A stretch of 64,000 nucleotides of DNA from Octopus bimaculoides (taxonomy: Eukaryota). The notes beneath the pieces are model-generated. The model was not told where the DNA came from and did no database searches. It was given only the letters and a program-made list of their open reading frames with translations. Made by a program: the position numbers and the translations under genes. This document shows, one piece after another, positions 27,601 to 40,626 of this stretch. Location of the stretch: the NCBI RefSeq assembly GCF_001194135.2, contig NC_068993.1:30286794-30350793 (forward strand), given 5' to 3'. How positions within the stretch are numbered: position 1 is the stretch's first letter; the number at the start of each line of letters is the position of its first letter.

Positions 27601-28591
27601 GATTTTATCATTATTTCTTTTGTAAATTTTGCTTTACTAGGTTTATTTTCCAGATTTATGCTCTCATTTTTCTCTCTTCCTATGTTTGGTATTCTGTTTT
27701 TTTGTCATCATTTATAGGTTCATTGCGTGTTGTATTTGTATATGTGATATCTTTTCACTTTTAAGTGTATATCATCTTAAATTTGCTATTGTGTTAGTCC
27801 CCAAATTTCTCCAACATCAATATTATTACCTCTTTCGATATACAAGTATGTTGTGCCATTACTGTTTTAAGAATGGCGTATTGCTGTAATTATTATTTTT
27901 GAAGTTTTTAACTCCAGGATAGTCCTGCTCGATCAGGCCTGATTATAGGTGTTCCAGCCAGGATCATATGGTCATTCTGTATTCTATTATTACATTCTTC
28001 AATATGCACTCCGTTTAATAAGATTATAGGATCTTGTAGATCTCCTGTCTGCATAGTTTCATCATTGAAACGAGAGTGAAACTGAAAAATATGCATGTAG
28101 CATGAAGTCCCATTCACCTCGGAATTACATACCAATAGATATGCTGCTATCTAGCACGGGGTTGACGATTGTCGAGCAACTTATAACAGAAGAAATTTAA
28201 TACATAGCTAAACGCAGTACCAAGACGACGTTATACAGCATGAACTTTATAAGACACTATGATGAAGATTGAAGGAAATTTAGCTGCTCATTCTACCAGA
28301 TCGTGTAATCACATAAAAACTCCATCAAAACTCTGAAGTAGTCGACGTCTCTAGATATTCAAAGCGATGCTGTTCTTTCGATTATATTATCTGTCAACTT
28401 TATATTTCAGCCATCGATAAAATAAGGACTGCAATCAATATAGTCAGCTTTTTCCCTAATCTGAATTGTGTTATTAACTTTGTTAATCATTATTTATATT
28501 TCCTTATGCACACTGACAATTATCTTTTGATATTACATACACAAGCTAAAGGCTTTGGTAAAGACTTTGGTAACTGTTCTACACACACACA

Positions 28592-28638
<47 letters not shown>

Positions 28639-28803
28639 GGGAACTCACTGACTCACTCACTGACTCACTCACTCACACGCGTACACACATGGATGCATGA
28701 ATTTTCCTATATGGAACGTATCTACATAATCAGACTTCATCAATATTGTCGATCGTTTGATGTACTCAACAATGTCTAATCTTTTTTATATATTCTTTTG
28801 CAG

Positions 28804-28868
28804 CTCTGATTTCCTTCAAACACTTATCGAAGCATACGACAGCAGTATTCCTCCAGGATTTGACCAAG
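28804..28868 (+). CDS. Cys-loop ligand-gated ion channel exon (N-terminal helix; SDFLQTLIEAYDSSIPPGFDQ)
   Basis: ttttgcag acceptor, AAG|gtaag donor; YDxxxPP motif typical of pLGIC N-termini; starts phase 2, ends phase 1, joins the 39668 exon in frame. Confidence 0.85.
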
Positions 28869-28871
28869 GTA

Positions 28872-28912
<41 letters not shown>

Positions 28913-30079
28913 GAATGTGTGTATATGAGTTTGTGTGTATGTGTCTATGCGTGCATGTATGCACGTATCTTTGTGTCACACATACATACACACATGGTGT
29001 GTGTATGTATGTGTGTGTAGATTTTTTTTAATATTGATTGCAGTAATATTACAAAGTTTAACGAAGTGATTCGTTTATTGTTTGTTCTGATATTGACCTA
29101 CATCTAACAAATTGACAAACAATTTTGATATAATTTGGTACTGGTTTTGATGTTACTGTTTAATCTGAGACTCACCCTGAATTAAAACAAAATCTGTGAC
29201 TAAAGATCTTCAAATCGTTACTATAATATATTTATTTACATACTGAATATTTCTAAACTGTATCATTCACCGTCTTTTTGCTGGGGAAAGGCTAAGATGT
29301 TATTTGGGGGAAATTTTTAATTGGCTAATATTTCTAGCAAGGCGAACACCATAAAGAAGTCTCTTCATAGATATATATTTTTGTATCTTGTTTGACGCAG
29401 GTGTAGTGATTCTTCCTCCACGTAGTATCTAGTTACAAGTTGGAAGAACCTTGGTTGAGAATGGCAGCTCTTCGAAGAGTGAATGTATTTGTAGGTGTTG
29501 TTCTTGAAACGGTTTTAGCAGCGATCAAATAACGCTTTACGAGTTAACTTCTCTTGTTTGTAATTCAAAAATATTTTAATGACATTTTTTCCCCGGTGTC
29601 TCCATCTTAAAAATAGCTTCTCTTTTCCGAGCACATCAATGAAATGGAAGATGAATTTTTCAATTAAGCTGTTATTTTTTTCATTGTAAACGACAACATA
29701 GGAGTTCTCTAGGGGCTTGATTTAACTGTACGTAGTTCCATTTTGTATTTGTTGTGACGTTTAATTGTAGGTCAGCCCTGATCGAGCATACAACTGTTCA
29801 AATGCATTCCAGTCGCAACCATGTCCTTTTTAGAGGTATCTAGGAATATATTATCTAATGTGCCCTCACATCTTTGAGGGCATAATTTGAGGGAGATTTA
29901 ACTGCTGTATATAACAGTCGAGTGATCACATGCAAGCTTTCTCACTAATTTCGGTTCAGAGTTCGTAGTTCGCTTTGTCATGATGGATTCTACAGTTTCA
30001 ACGTTGCGTATTGAAAACAATGATTTCAATATTATATATTACACATTTAGAGATGGTCTCTTATATTTTATTCTTTTAT

Positions 30080-30305
30080 TCTTTTATTTGTCTCGGTCAT
30101 TTGATTGCGGCGATGCTGGAGCACTGCCTTTAGTCGAGAGATCGACCCCAGGACTTATTCCTTGTAAGCCTAGGACTTATTCTATCGGTATCTTTTGCCG
30201 AACCGATATGTTACAGGGACGTAAACACACTAGCATCAGTTGTCAAGCAATGCTGGGAGGACAAACACAGACACGCAGACATACCACATGCGCGCGAGTA
30301 CACAC

Positions 30306-30378
<73 letters not shown>

Positions 30379-30545
30379 GACGACTGGCTTCTTTCAGTTT
30401 CCGTCTACTAAATCCACTCACAAGGCTTTGGTCGGCCCGAGGCTATAGTAGAAGAAATTTGCCAAAGATGCCACACAGTGAGACTGGACCCGGGACCATA
30501 TGGTTGGGAAGCAAGCTTCTTACCACGCAGCCACTCCTGCGCCTA
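30080..30545 (-). mobile_element. SINE family B, near full length
   Basis: Tail (gcggcgatgctggagcac...gacttattctatcgg), (CA)n, head (...cttaccacgcagccactcctgcgcc). Confidence 0.88.
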
Positions 30546-31011
30546 TTTAATCAAGAAAGGGAAATACATCACTCATATTTAACTGTGTTGCTATCGTGAA
30601 TATTTCAATCTATTCTTCAATCACTGTGATTATTTGTCAATATCAAGATTCTGAAATTTTCATGTTTCTACATTCAGGCCTTCTGCTCTGTTTCAAGCCA
30701 GTAATATTGCTAATTAACGCAAGACCGAAGCGATTTTTGTCCAACGTATTTGTTAGTCTTCCTATTAATAGGTAGTTTGATAACAGAAAAATGACTTAAA
30801 GGCAGAATCCATACAAATTCAAACAACTTTCTGTCTACATTGGTTTTGATTAACATATACTTTGAAAGGTGTATATGTTGATTATATCAATCGACACACG
30901 CATGCCCGCATGCTTGCACGCACGCACGTACACACACACAAATCATCTCAGACTGAATTCGTATGCCAATACATATATACATATTTATAATATCTCCACT
31001 TTCTCTCTGCC

Positions 31012-31073
<62 letters not shown>

Positions 31074-31081
31074 GATCTATA

Positions 31082-31133
<52 letters not shown>

Positions 31134-31135
31134 GA

Positions 31136-31204
<69 letters not shown>

Positions 31205-31474
31205 ATAGACAATTCGAGGATGCCAGGTCCTCATTGGGGATTAGATAATCCAAACATTTCATTGGTTAATCAGTATCATATAAGGAGAAAGTCTCGACTA
31301 TACGTTAAAGATTATTATAGTAATCCATATTGTTAATAATGAAAGAAAGAAAATGGAGAATTATGGATGTATAAATAATTTATTTGTATGATGTAATGAG
31401 ATTGAAAATTTTTATTAAAAACAATACAAATAAATTATAAATCATAAAACTCTAAAAGAAATGACAGAGGCAAA

Positions 31475-31581
31475 AAATCTACATATATGTTTCGATTCAT
31501 ACCAAGAGTGATTCGTAATTCTAAGTATTTGGGTAGGGTCATCCTTATCAACTATATAGGGTAGAATCTCATCAGGGATTT
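31475..31581 (-). ncRNA. Type I hammerhead ribozyme motif with 65-nt loop II
   Basis: aaatcc-CTGATGA-gattc[65 nt]gaatc-GAAAC-ATATAT-GTA-gattt; intact core, palindromic helix III ACATATATGT; helix I needs a 1-nt register slip. Confidence 0.7.
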
Positions 31582-32159
31582 ATGAGCTTATACTACAAAG
31601 TTTAACATATTTCCTGAAAGGATGCAGACGATTTACTTATAAGTTTAAGAAGTTAGATCATATATATTATGCATATGTATTTAACTAGTGAATTATAGAT
31701 GTAAGTAAAAGTAAAATAAAATAAAAATAACATACAAATAAAGGTAAAGAAGATATAAAATAAAAATTAAAGAAAAATATAAATGTATGCAAAATAGTAT
31801 ATAAATTTAAATAAAAGGAAAGAACAATACTTAAATATGCAAGGGCAGAATCATATGACAAAATAAATGACGGATAAGTTAGATAGTAAAAAATATTATT
31901 AGTCAACCGTTATAGGTGAATTATTTTAATTGGTTTAGTACTAGATACAGTTCAGGAAATCAATGGATGCCTACTGTTCACATCATATTGTGTCATATTT
32001 ATAGTCAAGTATAGACAAAAGTTTTAAAAATCTGACGGTTAAGATATGTATCTTGAAAGCCTTACATGTAAACCCTTTGTCGTAAATATATAAAACATAT
32101 ATTTTCATAGTCATGTCTTTATATATTCGTGTATATATATATATATATATATATACTTC

Positions 32160-32270
32160 AATAGCGTGATCAGGATGAATTATCCATACATTGCAGAAAA
32201 ATACGTTACCTGCCTGGCCGGTAACGTATTTTTCTGCAATGTATGGATAATTCATCCTGACCACGCTATT
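32160..32270. repeat. Near-perfect hairpin, 51-bp arms, 9-nt loop
   Basis: 32160-32210 vs 32220-32270: 50/51 complementary. Confidence 0.95.
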
Positions 32271-32449
32271 TATTAGCATTATCATGCGTTTGAGAATAGA
32301 AAAAAATTATTTCTGTATCTTTCAATACATCTCAACGCTTCTACAACAAACTTTGTTTACTTTCATCGTAAGTTGAATTTATACTTCAATATATATGCGT
32401 GCATATTTACACATATACACACATATGCGTATACTTACACACACGCACA

Positions 32450-32517
<68 letters not shown>

Positions 32518-33599
32518 CTCACACTCAAAAAAATATGTATTTATTAAATTCATTTTCATTTATTTATTATCAGATAGGTTAAGTTGTTAGAGTTATGTTA
32601 TAGGAAATTTAATAACTAGAATTGATCAGTTCAGATGTCAAATAAAAAGAGAAGTTGAATGAGGAAGTAAAGAGATAAAGAATAAAATATAACATAATGA
32701 AATAAAATTTAGCAGATATGGGAGCTTATATTGCGTATTTGTTATAATGTACCGTAATGTGTTTGTAATTATTAATGGTTAATGTTTACCCGCTCGGAAA
32801 AACCGACTTTTTAAAAAACTAAAAAAATTCAGCGGATTATTGTTTTCGATGACGGAGATTCCGAATATGCCAAAAACAATGTTTTAAAATTTTAAATTGC
32901 CCCCTCTTCACTCCAATTTTAAAAATTCGAATCTTTTTTTCAGTCTACGAAGGAAAATATGGAGATTAGGAATATGGAAAAAAAATTAATTTCAAATTTT
33001 CTATGAGAAAACTCCAAAATTGATTCATACACCCCCGCCACTACATCACGCTGTCTAAATGTGAAAGTGAACGGCTGTAGATATATAGTGAAGCAGCAAA
33101 AAGATTACGGCTTGTGTGTTTGTGAACGAATGAACAGAGAAAGTACACGACGTATATGACATACCTGTCATATACGTCGGTTTTGCTTTTTCACTTTAAA
33201 GGTAAACGTTCCTGATAGAAGCAAACACGATATTCAATAATATGTTTGTGTTCTTCACTCAGAAAGAATAAAATATTCATGGGACTTCATCCATGTGCAT
33301 CCGCGTGCAGGTGTGTGGGGGTGTAGTAGTGCGCAAGAAAAACATTTCCGGAAATGTATTGATAAAAATTCTTTGAAAATAAGTTATCTTTATATGCCGT
33401 ATTAGCAATTCTCCACATAAATGAAAGAAGAATGGGTATTAAATGCTCGTTCAGTGAATTTACGGAATTTACTGAACGCCGTCGCCTTCAAGTACAAAAC
33501 GAAAGATTGCCCTACAAATACTACACTACAAATGAAAGAATCACGATTCACACTAATATTTCATTTACACCCTTGAATTTGAAGACTTGATATAACAAC

Positions 33600-34542
33600 A
33601 TGGCTCTTTGCAACTTTTGCAATGTCAGTCTATATGAAGCCATACTCCATTTCCACGGGAATAATGATGCCTCTATTGCATTTTTAGGTTAACATGGCCA
33701 CCTGCCGCGTACTTGAGATTATCCGAACTGCAATACCCCGTGTATTTTGCGGCAAGGGACAGACATATGGCGCTGCGTAAGGTGATGCGATGAAGTGGAC
33801 GGTCAAGAAGGGAATGCGGATACTTCATATCTACATTTAAGGACACCTTCTAGAAGGCGTCCATCTTCCGCATTGGAAAGGTTTGCTTTTTCCGAACCAC
33901 TTCCTCGGCGCAGCTTCGTTGTCACACAAATCAGTAGAGGAAAACCTTGGATTCTGCCGTGAAACTTCCGTAGATTAGCTGTCTTTCTGTTCGGAGGCCT
34001 GCCAGTTTTGGGCAGAAAACCACCAGACTGTTATAGGAGGACCTGGAGTTGAAATTGACGAAGCGGTTTTGGTCCGTCGGAAATACCAACGCGGCGGGAT
34101 TGTAAAAACGGTTTTGCTTTTTGGCGGACTAGAACAGTTAAGTAAGAAGGCATTCGTGGTTCCACTGTTAGACGAATGTGGTGAGGCCGACAGACGAGAT
34201 GCTAGGACTCTGACTGCACTAATTAACCGTTACACCGGCAGGGGGTCAATAATTTATAGCGACTGTTGGCGTACCTACAGTAACCTCAACAACCTGGGCT
34301 ATACGCACTATCAAGTGAACCATAGCCAGCATTTTCTTGATCCTGTTAACCCATCTGTTCATACTCAAAATATTGAGAGTTTATGGGGAAGACTCAAGAA
34401 GAGAATTATTCGACCAGGAATGAGGCCTGAGTATCTGAAGCAGTACGTCGCTCGGTTACTTTTCTTACGGGCTGTCTCACCACCGACCCAGCGACTTCAT
34501 AAGTTGTTTTTGGAGGCTGCAACATTATATCCAGGTTCCTGA
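33600..34542 (+). mobile_element. Merlin (IS1016/ISXO2-like, DDE_Tnp_IS1595) transposase pseudogene
   Basis: GGPGVEIDEAVLVRRKYQRG, IIYSDCWRTY, HYQVNHSQHFLDP, HTQNIESLWGRLK; N-terminal zinc-ribbon-like part (C..C, WRC) has stops/frameshifts; TIRs not identified. Confidence 0.9.
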
Positions 34543-34799
34543 AGACACGGAAGACTATACACAAAAATTATTTAATTACAATCTTTAAAAACACATATAA
34601 CACATTTATTTCCAGTTAACAGAAACAACACAACACCACACTTTTTCATAATACACGTCTATAAAGCATATTCATTGGCTCATACATTATCATTTATTTT
34701 CTCTCTTTTTCAATATTTAATGAGCAGAGTGAGTATGTTGTTCTCAAATACGTTAAAACTTTAATTTTAATATGTTATTTTTATATATTACGAAAAAAA

Positions 34800-37520
34800 T
34801 AAAATTGAAAAATTGAATATCATACATATGTTAGAAATAAGTATATTTAGGCAAGATATTACATATTTTATATTGTATAAAATTATAGATATAAATGCTG
34901 GTTCTAATAAGGATCTAATTAATTCAGTTTCAAATTTAGTAAAAATATTTATGGGGAATAAAGAACCTAACATTTAGTGATATTAATAAATAAAAAAATG
35001 ATTAATGATATTTATAAAATAGATTTTTAGGAGTGTATAGGCAAGCCGAGAATTTCCAACCCTCTCATTTAGTAATTGTTTAGTAGAAAAAATGGATACT
35101 ATAGCACTCTGATGGTAAGATGATGGTAAGATTTTGCAGAACATATAATCTTCCATGTAATTTTCAAACTGATGTTACTGACTTTTAACTTCTTGATGAA
35201 TTTACTAAGACTAGTCGAAGAACGGTTATTGGGTTTTCTAAAAGATCATTTATGGTTGGCCAAGCTAAGTTTCACATATGATTCCGTAGAACCAATGTAG
35301 AAAACGAGTTTATCTTCAGCTTCAACTATAATTTGATTTATTAAATTATTCCGTGTGCAATAATTATTAAATTCACATTGTTCTTTAAACCTACAATTAA
35401 AGAACTTACTAAGATTATCACTAGAATTAGTAGGTGGGTTTTGAGCAGTAGGCTCCCTTTGATTGTTTATATTAAAATATTTGGACTTAGTTTTATCTGG
35501 TATATTATGTGTTTGTTTAATATTGGGAATATTAAGTTTTCGCTTTACGTAAAATTATCTAATTTTGCATAATTCATGGAAGATATTTATCTAAACAAAT
35601 TACGGAAAACAGAATGATCAAATCTAAAGTGTCTGTTTTGAATTATGTCACTATATTTGTTTTTATTATGAGGGAAGTGTTTGTTTATTAGCCAACGTAT
35701 GAATTTAATTAAGTTTGTTTTTACTTGCATAGCGAAGGGCAATATTAACCAGATAATATTCTCCTTTATTTTATTTTTACTAGAATTGAGATTAACATAA
35801 TTTATTATAGTGGATTTTATATGAGGCATATAATTTTTTATATTTTATTTTTATATTGTAATTAGTGTTAATGTTACTATTATTATTGTATGGTCTCATG
35901 TTTTAATTGATCTGGTGAATGGCTAATTTATCATTTATATTTTTCTGATTCTGCTCATAACCTGCTTTTGGTTTATTATGTTTGGGGTGTAATATATGTA
36001 TGCTTATATTGTTATTATCAATATTAGGATATGCGTTAGTCTTAAGGTCTCTCTTTGTCGTTTCTACTACCCTATTTCTATGCTGGTTATTTTTGTTCAG
36101 TATATAGTTATAATATAATCTATTAGCTGTTTTATCCGAATTTATTGTATCAATCATAGCTTTAGTGTTAAGAATTTTCATATCTAGGTTATATTTTTCT
36201 CCATGTAGATGTTTATGTTTGTTATTAATCGTATGTGAACCATGCTTAATATATTAAATTTTCTGTTTGTGCCCTGTTTTTACCAATGCAATATTATATA
36301 ATTTCTTGCTGTCGTTAAAGATATCTTCGTTAAATGAGAGGTAATGTATTCTTTTTCTATGTTATTAACTAAACAATTAGCAATAGATTTTGGGTGATTT
36401 CTTTTTATATTAATGTAAATGATTTGGAATTAGGCATATGAAATGGCGCATATTTTCCAGTATTAAGGTTTAAATTCTCGTCTAAAATTTAACTGAGTTA
36501 TGCTGTGTTTCAGTTAAAATTTTAGTCCCAAACGGTTAAAGTACCGGTGGAGCTTTTCCTTGTATAATTCTAGTTTTCTATTTGAAGGGTTTTTGATTAT
36601 GAATAGTGCATCATTCCTATATAGACCACCCACTATTTCTGGAAATTCGCAATAGAATTTATGTTGAATGTATATACAAACCAAATCTGAGACTTGGGCT
36701 GAATCAGATGATTCCATAGCTATATCAAAGCAGTCATGTGTATCTTTTCAAGCCCATAGTTTATTATCGAACTTAATTATTGATTTTCGAGCTGTTAGTG
36801 TTTCTTGGACAATTTAGTATTATTTTATAGCCAATATAAGGGCACTATTTAGGACTGTTGGGTTAATTAATGAGTAATAGTCATTAATAGCTACCTATAA
36901 AAATTTGCATTTATTTTTATTTTCTATTTTGTTGAACCAATCTATTGCTTCTTGCGTATTAGAACATAGTTTCAGTTTAATTTTGTTCTTAATTTCTTCT
37001 ATATATTTGTCCATAATACATTTACCTATGTCCGATTTAGCAGGGCAGATTAATCTAACTTTCGTTTTTATTTACAAATTATCCGTCTCGTCCTTTAAAG
37101 AAATTCTAGGCCTTAAAGGAAAGAAAGGTTCAATTTTATCTTCAATAGCGTAGTGAGTCATAATTTATTTTTTTAGCTTCAAGATGTTTTGTTCCTAATG
37201 TATTTCTACTTACTATCTTATATTTTTTTGGTGATTTCCTTCCCAAGTAGATGGTGAATATAGATTAACATTCAAATTATTGATATTTCTTGTTTTATCA
37301 GCGTGAACTAAAATACCTTCCTTAGATTTAAAATCCATGATTATTAATCTTAATTTCCGCTGATGTTCATCTATGAGCGGGTGCTTCACGAATTTGATAT
37401 TTGATTACTGTTGCGCATAATTCGTCTTCAAAGGTGTCGAGATGTTTGTTAGGTGGTGGGTATCTTCTTGTTTTAAAATATTTTTTAATTATATCCATTT
37501 CGTTGCTTCTATCATGTTTT
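34800..37520 (-). mobile_element. Penelope-like element (RT + GIY-YIG), decayed
   Basis: IAMESSDSAQVSDLV...GGLYRNDALFII (RT, YRDD-like), FYIGSTES (GIY-YIG), WLILPF linker. Confidence 0.85.
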
Positions 37521-37540
37521 ATTCCTTTATTTGCTTGTTC

Positions 37541-37598
<58 letters not shown>

Positions 37599-37655
37599 AT
37601 ACTTACATTCATCTTGCTGATTCCCTCAGTTTCACTTTGAAATGGCAGAGAGTAA

Positions 37656-37741
37656 GGACCCTGACGAAACTGCAGCGACCATCACACCAGGTTGCATATC
37701 CAACAGTATGTAGTGGATGCAGTTGAAAAGCGCGTACGTCC
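37656..37741 (+). ncRNA. Type I hammerhead-like motif with 43-nt loop II
   Basis: ggacc-CTGACGA-aactgca[43 nt]tgcagtt-GAAA-a-gcgc-GTA-cgtcc; 7-bp helix II; position 15.2 is A instead of C. Confidence 0.62.
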
Positions 37742-37826
37742 AGAAAAGGATGCAGTAAATAACTGTCAAAATAAAATTATGTATATGAAAAATCTCCGTT
37801 GTTCTTATCATTATTAATATTATATA

Positions 37827-38045
37827 AAGGCGGTGAGCTGGCACAATCGTTAGCACGCTGGGCGAAATACGTAGCGGTATTTCGCCCGTTCGCTACGTTC
37901 TGAGCTCAAATTCTGCAGGGTCGACTTTGACTTTCATCCTTTCGGAGTCGATAAATTAAGTACCAGTTGCATACTGGGGTCGATCTAATCGACTAGACCC
38001 CTCCCCCAAAAGTTCAAGTCTTGTACCTATGGTAGAAAGGATTAT
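37827..38045 (+). mobile_element. SINE family A copy
   Basis: aaggcggtgagctggc...gagctcaaattc...cctttcggagtcgataaattaagtaccag...gtagaaaggattatt. Confidence 0.88.
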
Positions 38046-38050
38046 TAATA

Positions 38051-38089
<39 letters not shown>

Positions 38090-38092
<3 letters not shown>

Positions 38093-38900
38093 CAGATATC
38101 GTGGTCATTTGTAGTGTATGGGTTAGGGATTTACGTTCTTTTTCCTAGAACCCAAGTTAAGCAATATTTTGCTCCAGACGGCTTGGTATGTATTCCGTTG
38201 TTCCCATAATAATTGATATGAAGCTGAATTATATCTTGGGTACTGGATTTGCAAATTCCTTATCGATGGTCAATTGATGTCCTCTTTTTCTTGTATTTTT
38301 CTAACCATATTCGTATCCTGAGGGTAAATAATTTCCGCAACAGAAGATACCTTCTTGTAGTTGCACAAAACAATATATGGCTGATTGTATGGCTGTTTAA
38401 TTTTTAAGTTCCACATATATCCTCTTGGCCCATTCGTTTCAATATAATCAGCTTCGTCTATAAGTGTTTTCTCTCATGTTATTCTGCTTCAGATTGTTCT
38501 GGTCACTGCGTCATACCTCATGGGAAAATAATATCTGGAAGAGAGTCTTTCGCTGTAGGCAGTAATATGTTTGATATCTTCAGTCTTGGTCTGTCAATGT
38601 TTTCTGCTTTTTATGTATATCATGCTAAGCATCTGACAATGACCATTTGCTTGTATTTGTTTGTGATTTTCGTACCAATTACCGACGTACTATCTTGTGT
38701 TGTTAACTTCATGGTCACAAACTTAGGTAAGATAGTTACTGGTCTCTTCCCTCTGCTGCAGATGTTGTTTCCGTGTCGTAATACGTGCTTCATATGACAT
38801 CAATACAGGTTTGAGACCACGGCCACCGTCCTTGCGTGCGAAGTAAAGTGTCTACATCTTCAATGATGTTGAGGTTACATGTAACAATGAACGGCTCGCG
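38090..38900 (-). mobile_element. Decayed R4/Dong-like LINE 3' part
   Basis: Minus strand DVDxLYFARKDGGRGL motif; frameshifted downstream RLE-like region. Confidence 0.55.
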
Positions 38901-39269
38901 AATTCTAACATCTATCACGTGAGGACAGACACTGCAGGGGTATTGTGGGCAATATGCTGTTGTAAGTTGAGAGTTCTGATGACAAATATTCTCTTTCCTC
39001 TCCCGATGCTCTCCTTATTTATGGACCCATCATATCTGACATTTTCAGCCTGTTCAACACACCTATAATTGTCACCTGAATGTAGAGGATGCACCATCAA
39101 GCCGTTCATTTTTAGGTTTTCAGAGAAGAGCACAACTGTCAGAGAAGAGCACAACTGTCAGAGAAGAGCACAATTGTCAAAAAGGCACATTTGCGCTCAT
39201 CAAATTTCATTCCAATGTCTTCAGAAAATTGGGTAATGGGCTTCAATTGTTTATTTTGGTTTGCTTACA

Positions 39270-39420
39270 TCCCCGTAACTTAGCGGTTGGGCATTAAGGG
39301 TGCGATAGAATAAGTACCAGACTTACAAAAAATGTACTAGGGCCAATTTGTTCGACTAAATCCTTTAATGCGGTACCCCAGCATGCTCGCAGTCTAATGA
39401 ATGGAACAAGTAAAAGAAGG
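39270..39420 (+). mobile_element. SINE family B 3' fragment
   Basis: ccccgtaacttagcggtt...gatagaataagtacc...ccagcatg..cgcagtctaatga...aagtaaaaga. Confidence 0.75.
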
Positions 39421-39667
39421 AGGATAACTCACGAATAGGGAAAAAGATTTAGAGCAAAGTGGACAAGGTCAGCGAATATTAAATTTGTTTGTAAAGTACG
39501 TGAGTTTAAAATGAACCATTTACACTTACATCATCAGGTAAGCAAGCTTCTGTGTTCCCTTGAAGTTTTAATGCCTTAAAATCCTATCTGCTGTATTACT
39601 GTGTCATATTCTGTAAGTTAGTTCTGTCACTTTCTTTAAATATTTTTGCTTTTGTTTTTTCTCATAG

Positions 39668-39735
39668 AACAAGTCACAACAGTGAATGTACAACTCTATA
39701 TTAACAGCTTCGATTCCATAAACGAACAAACAATG
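39668..39735 (+). CDS. Cys-loop LGIC exon (EQVTTVNVQLYINSFDSINEQTM)
   Basis: ctcatag acceptor, ATG|gtaag donor; 68 nt, the conserved length of GlyR/GABA-A exon 3; aligns to GlyR VSCNIFINSFGSIAETTM; not in the ORF track. Confidence 0.9.
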
Positions 39736-40077
39736 GTAAGAGATTTCAGCAACAATATTGATTTCTAACATTGTCCTTTACTTGGGTATGGAGAAGGAGT
39801 AGAGTAATTTAAGTCGATGTCATTACGGTATTGGTATTTATATTGTTGGACCCGGAATATTGATAACCACGATAAAGTCAAAACCGGAAGTTTTTTTAAT
39901 TCAGAACGAAGAAGGAAATAACAAAATATTATAAAACATCTTTTCCGACGCTCTAACAAATCTGTCAAAATGCACTACACTTTCTAACAATGGTTGTTCC
40001 GGTTAAAGACAAAATGCTTGAACATTATTTACATTATTTACATTTGACGGATATTTATCCTCATCTTGTTTGCTGTT

Positions 40078-40123
40078 AACACAACGTTTCGGCTGATATA
40101 CCCTCCAGCCTTCATCAGGTGTC
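40078..40123 (-). ncRNA. Minimal type I hammerhead ribozyme (PLE-type)
   Basis: gacac-CTGATGA-a-ggctg gagggtatat cagcc-GAAAC-GTT-gtgtt; intact core, 5-bp helix I, 5-bp helix II, palindromic AACGTT helix III. Confidence 0.78.
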
Positions 40124-40529
40124 TTGGGGAAATTTCGAACCTGGGTTCTCATTCCTAAGTTATTTTTCGATGTTACTATTATTATTATTTTATGTTTGAC
40201 TTTTGCTTTGCATTTGTACAAGTTGGATCCAAGTCTCACCCAGAGACCTCAAGAGACAACAAGTTAGAAGTTCATGTAGGTGTCATGCCTAGGGTACCAT
40301 ANNNNNNNNNNNNNNNNNNNNNNNNNNNNNNNNNNNNNNNNNNNNNNNNNNNNNNNNNNNNNNNNNNNNNNNNNNNNNNNNNNNNNNNNNNNNNNNNNNN
40401 NNNNNNNNNNNNNNNNNNNNNNNNNNNNNNNNNNNNNNNNNNNNNNNNNNNNNNNNNNNNNNNNNNNNNNNNNNNNNNNNNNNNNNNNNNNNNATCTGAG
40501 CTAGGTAGTAATCAGCCCGTTTCGCTGTC

Positions 40530-40548
40530 ATTATTATTATTATTATCA

Positions 40549-40626
<78 letters not shown>

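Noticed and set aside
27908-28135. 75-aa minus-strand ORF with natural-looking sequence
   Set aside because: No recognisable domain or splice support; overlaps a SINE-like fragment
34705-34760. atgagcagagtgagtatgttgttctcaaatacgtt as a hammerhead remnant
   Set aside because: Both core halves are mutated; cannot be supported
39121-39177. 3 x 19-bp tandem repeat; also 4 x 12-bp at ~54403-54443
   Set aside because: Local slippage duplications without spacers; not CRISPR-like and no evident function
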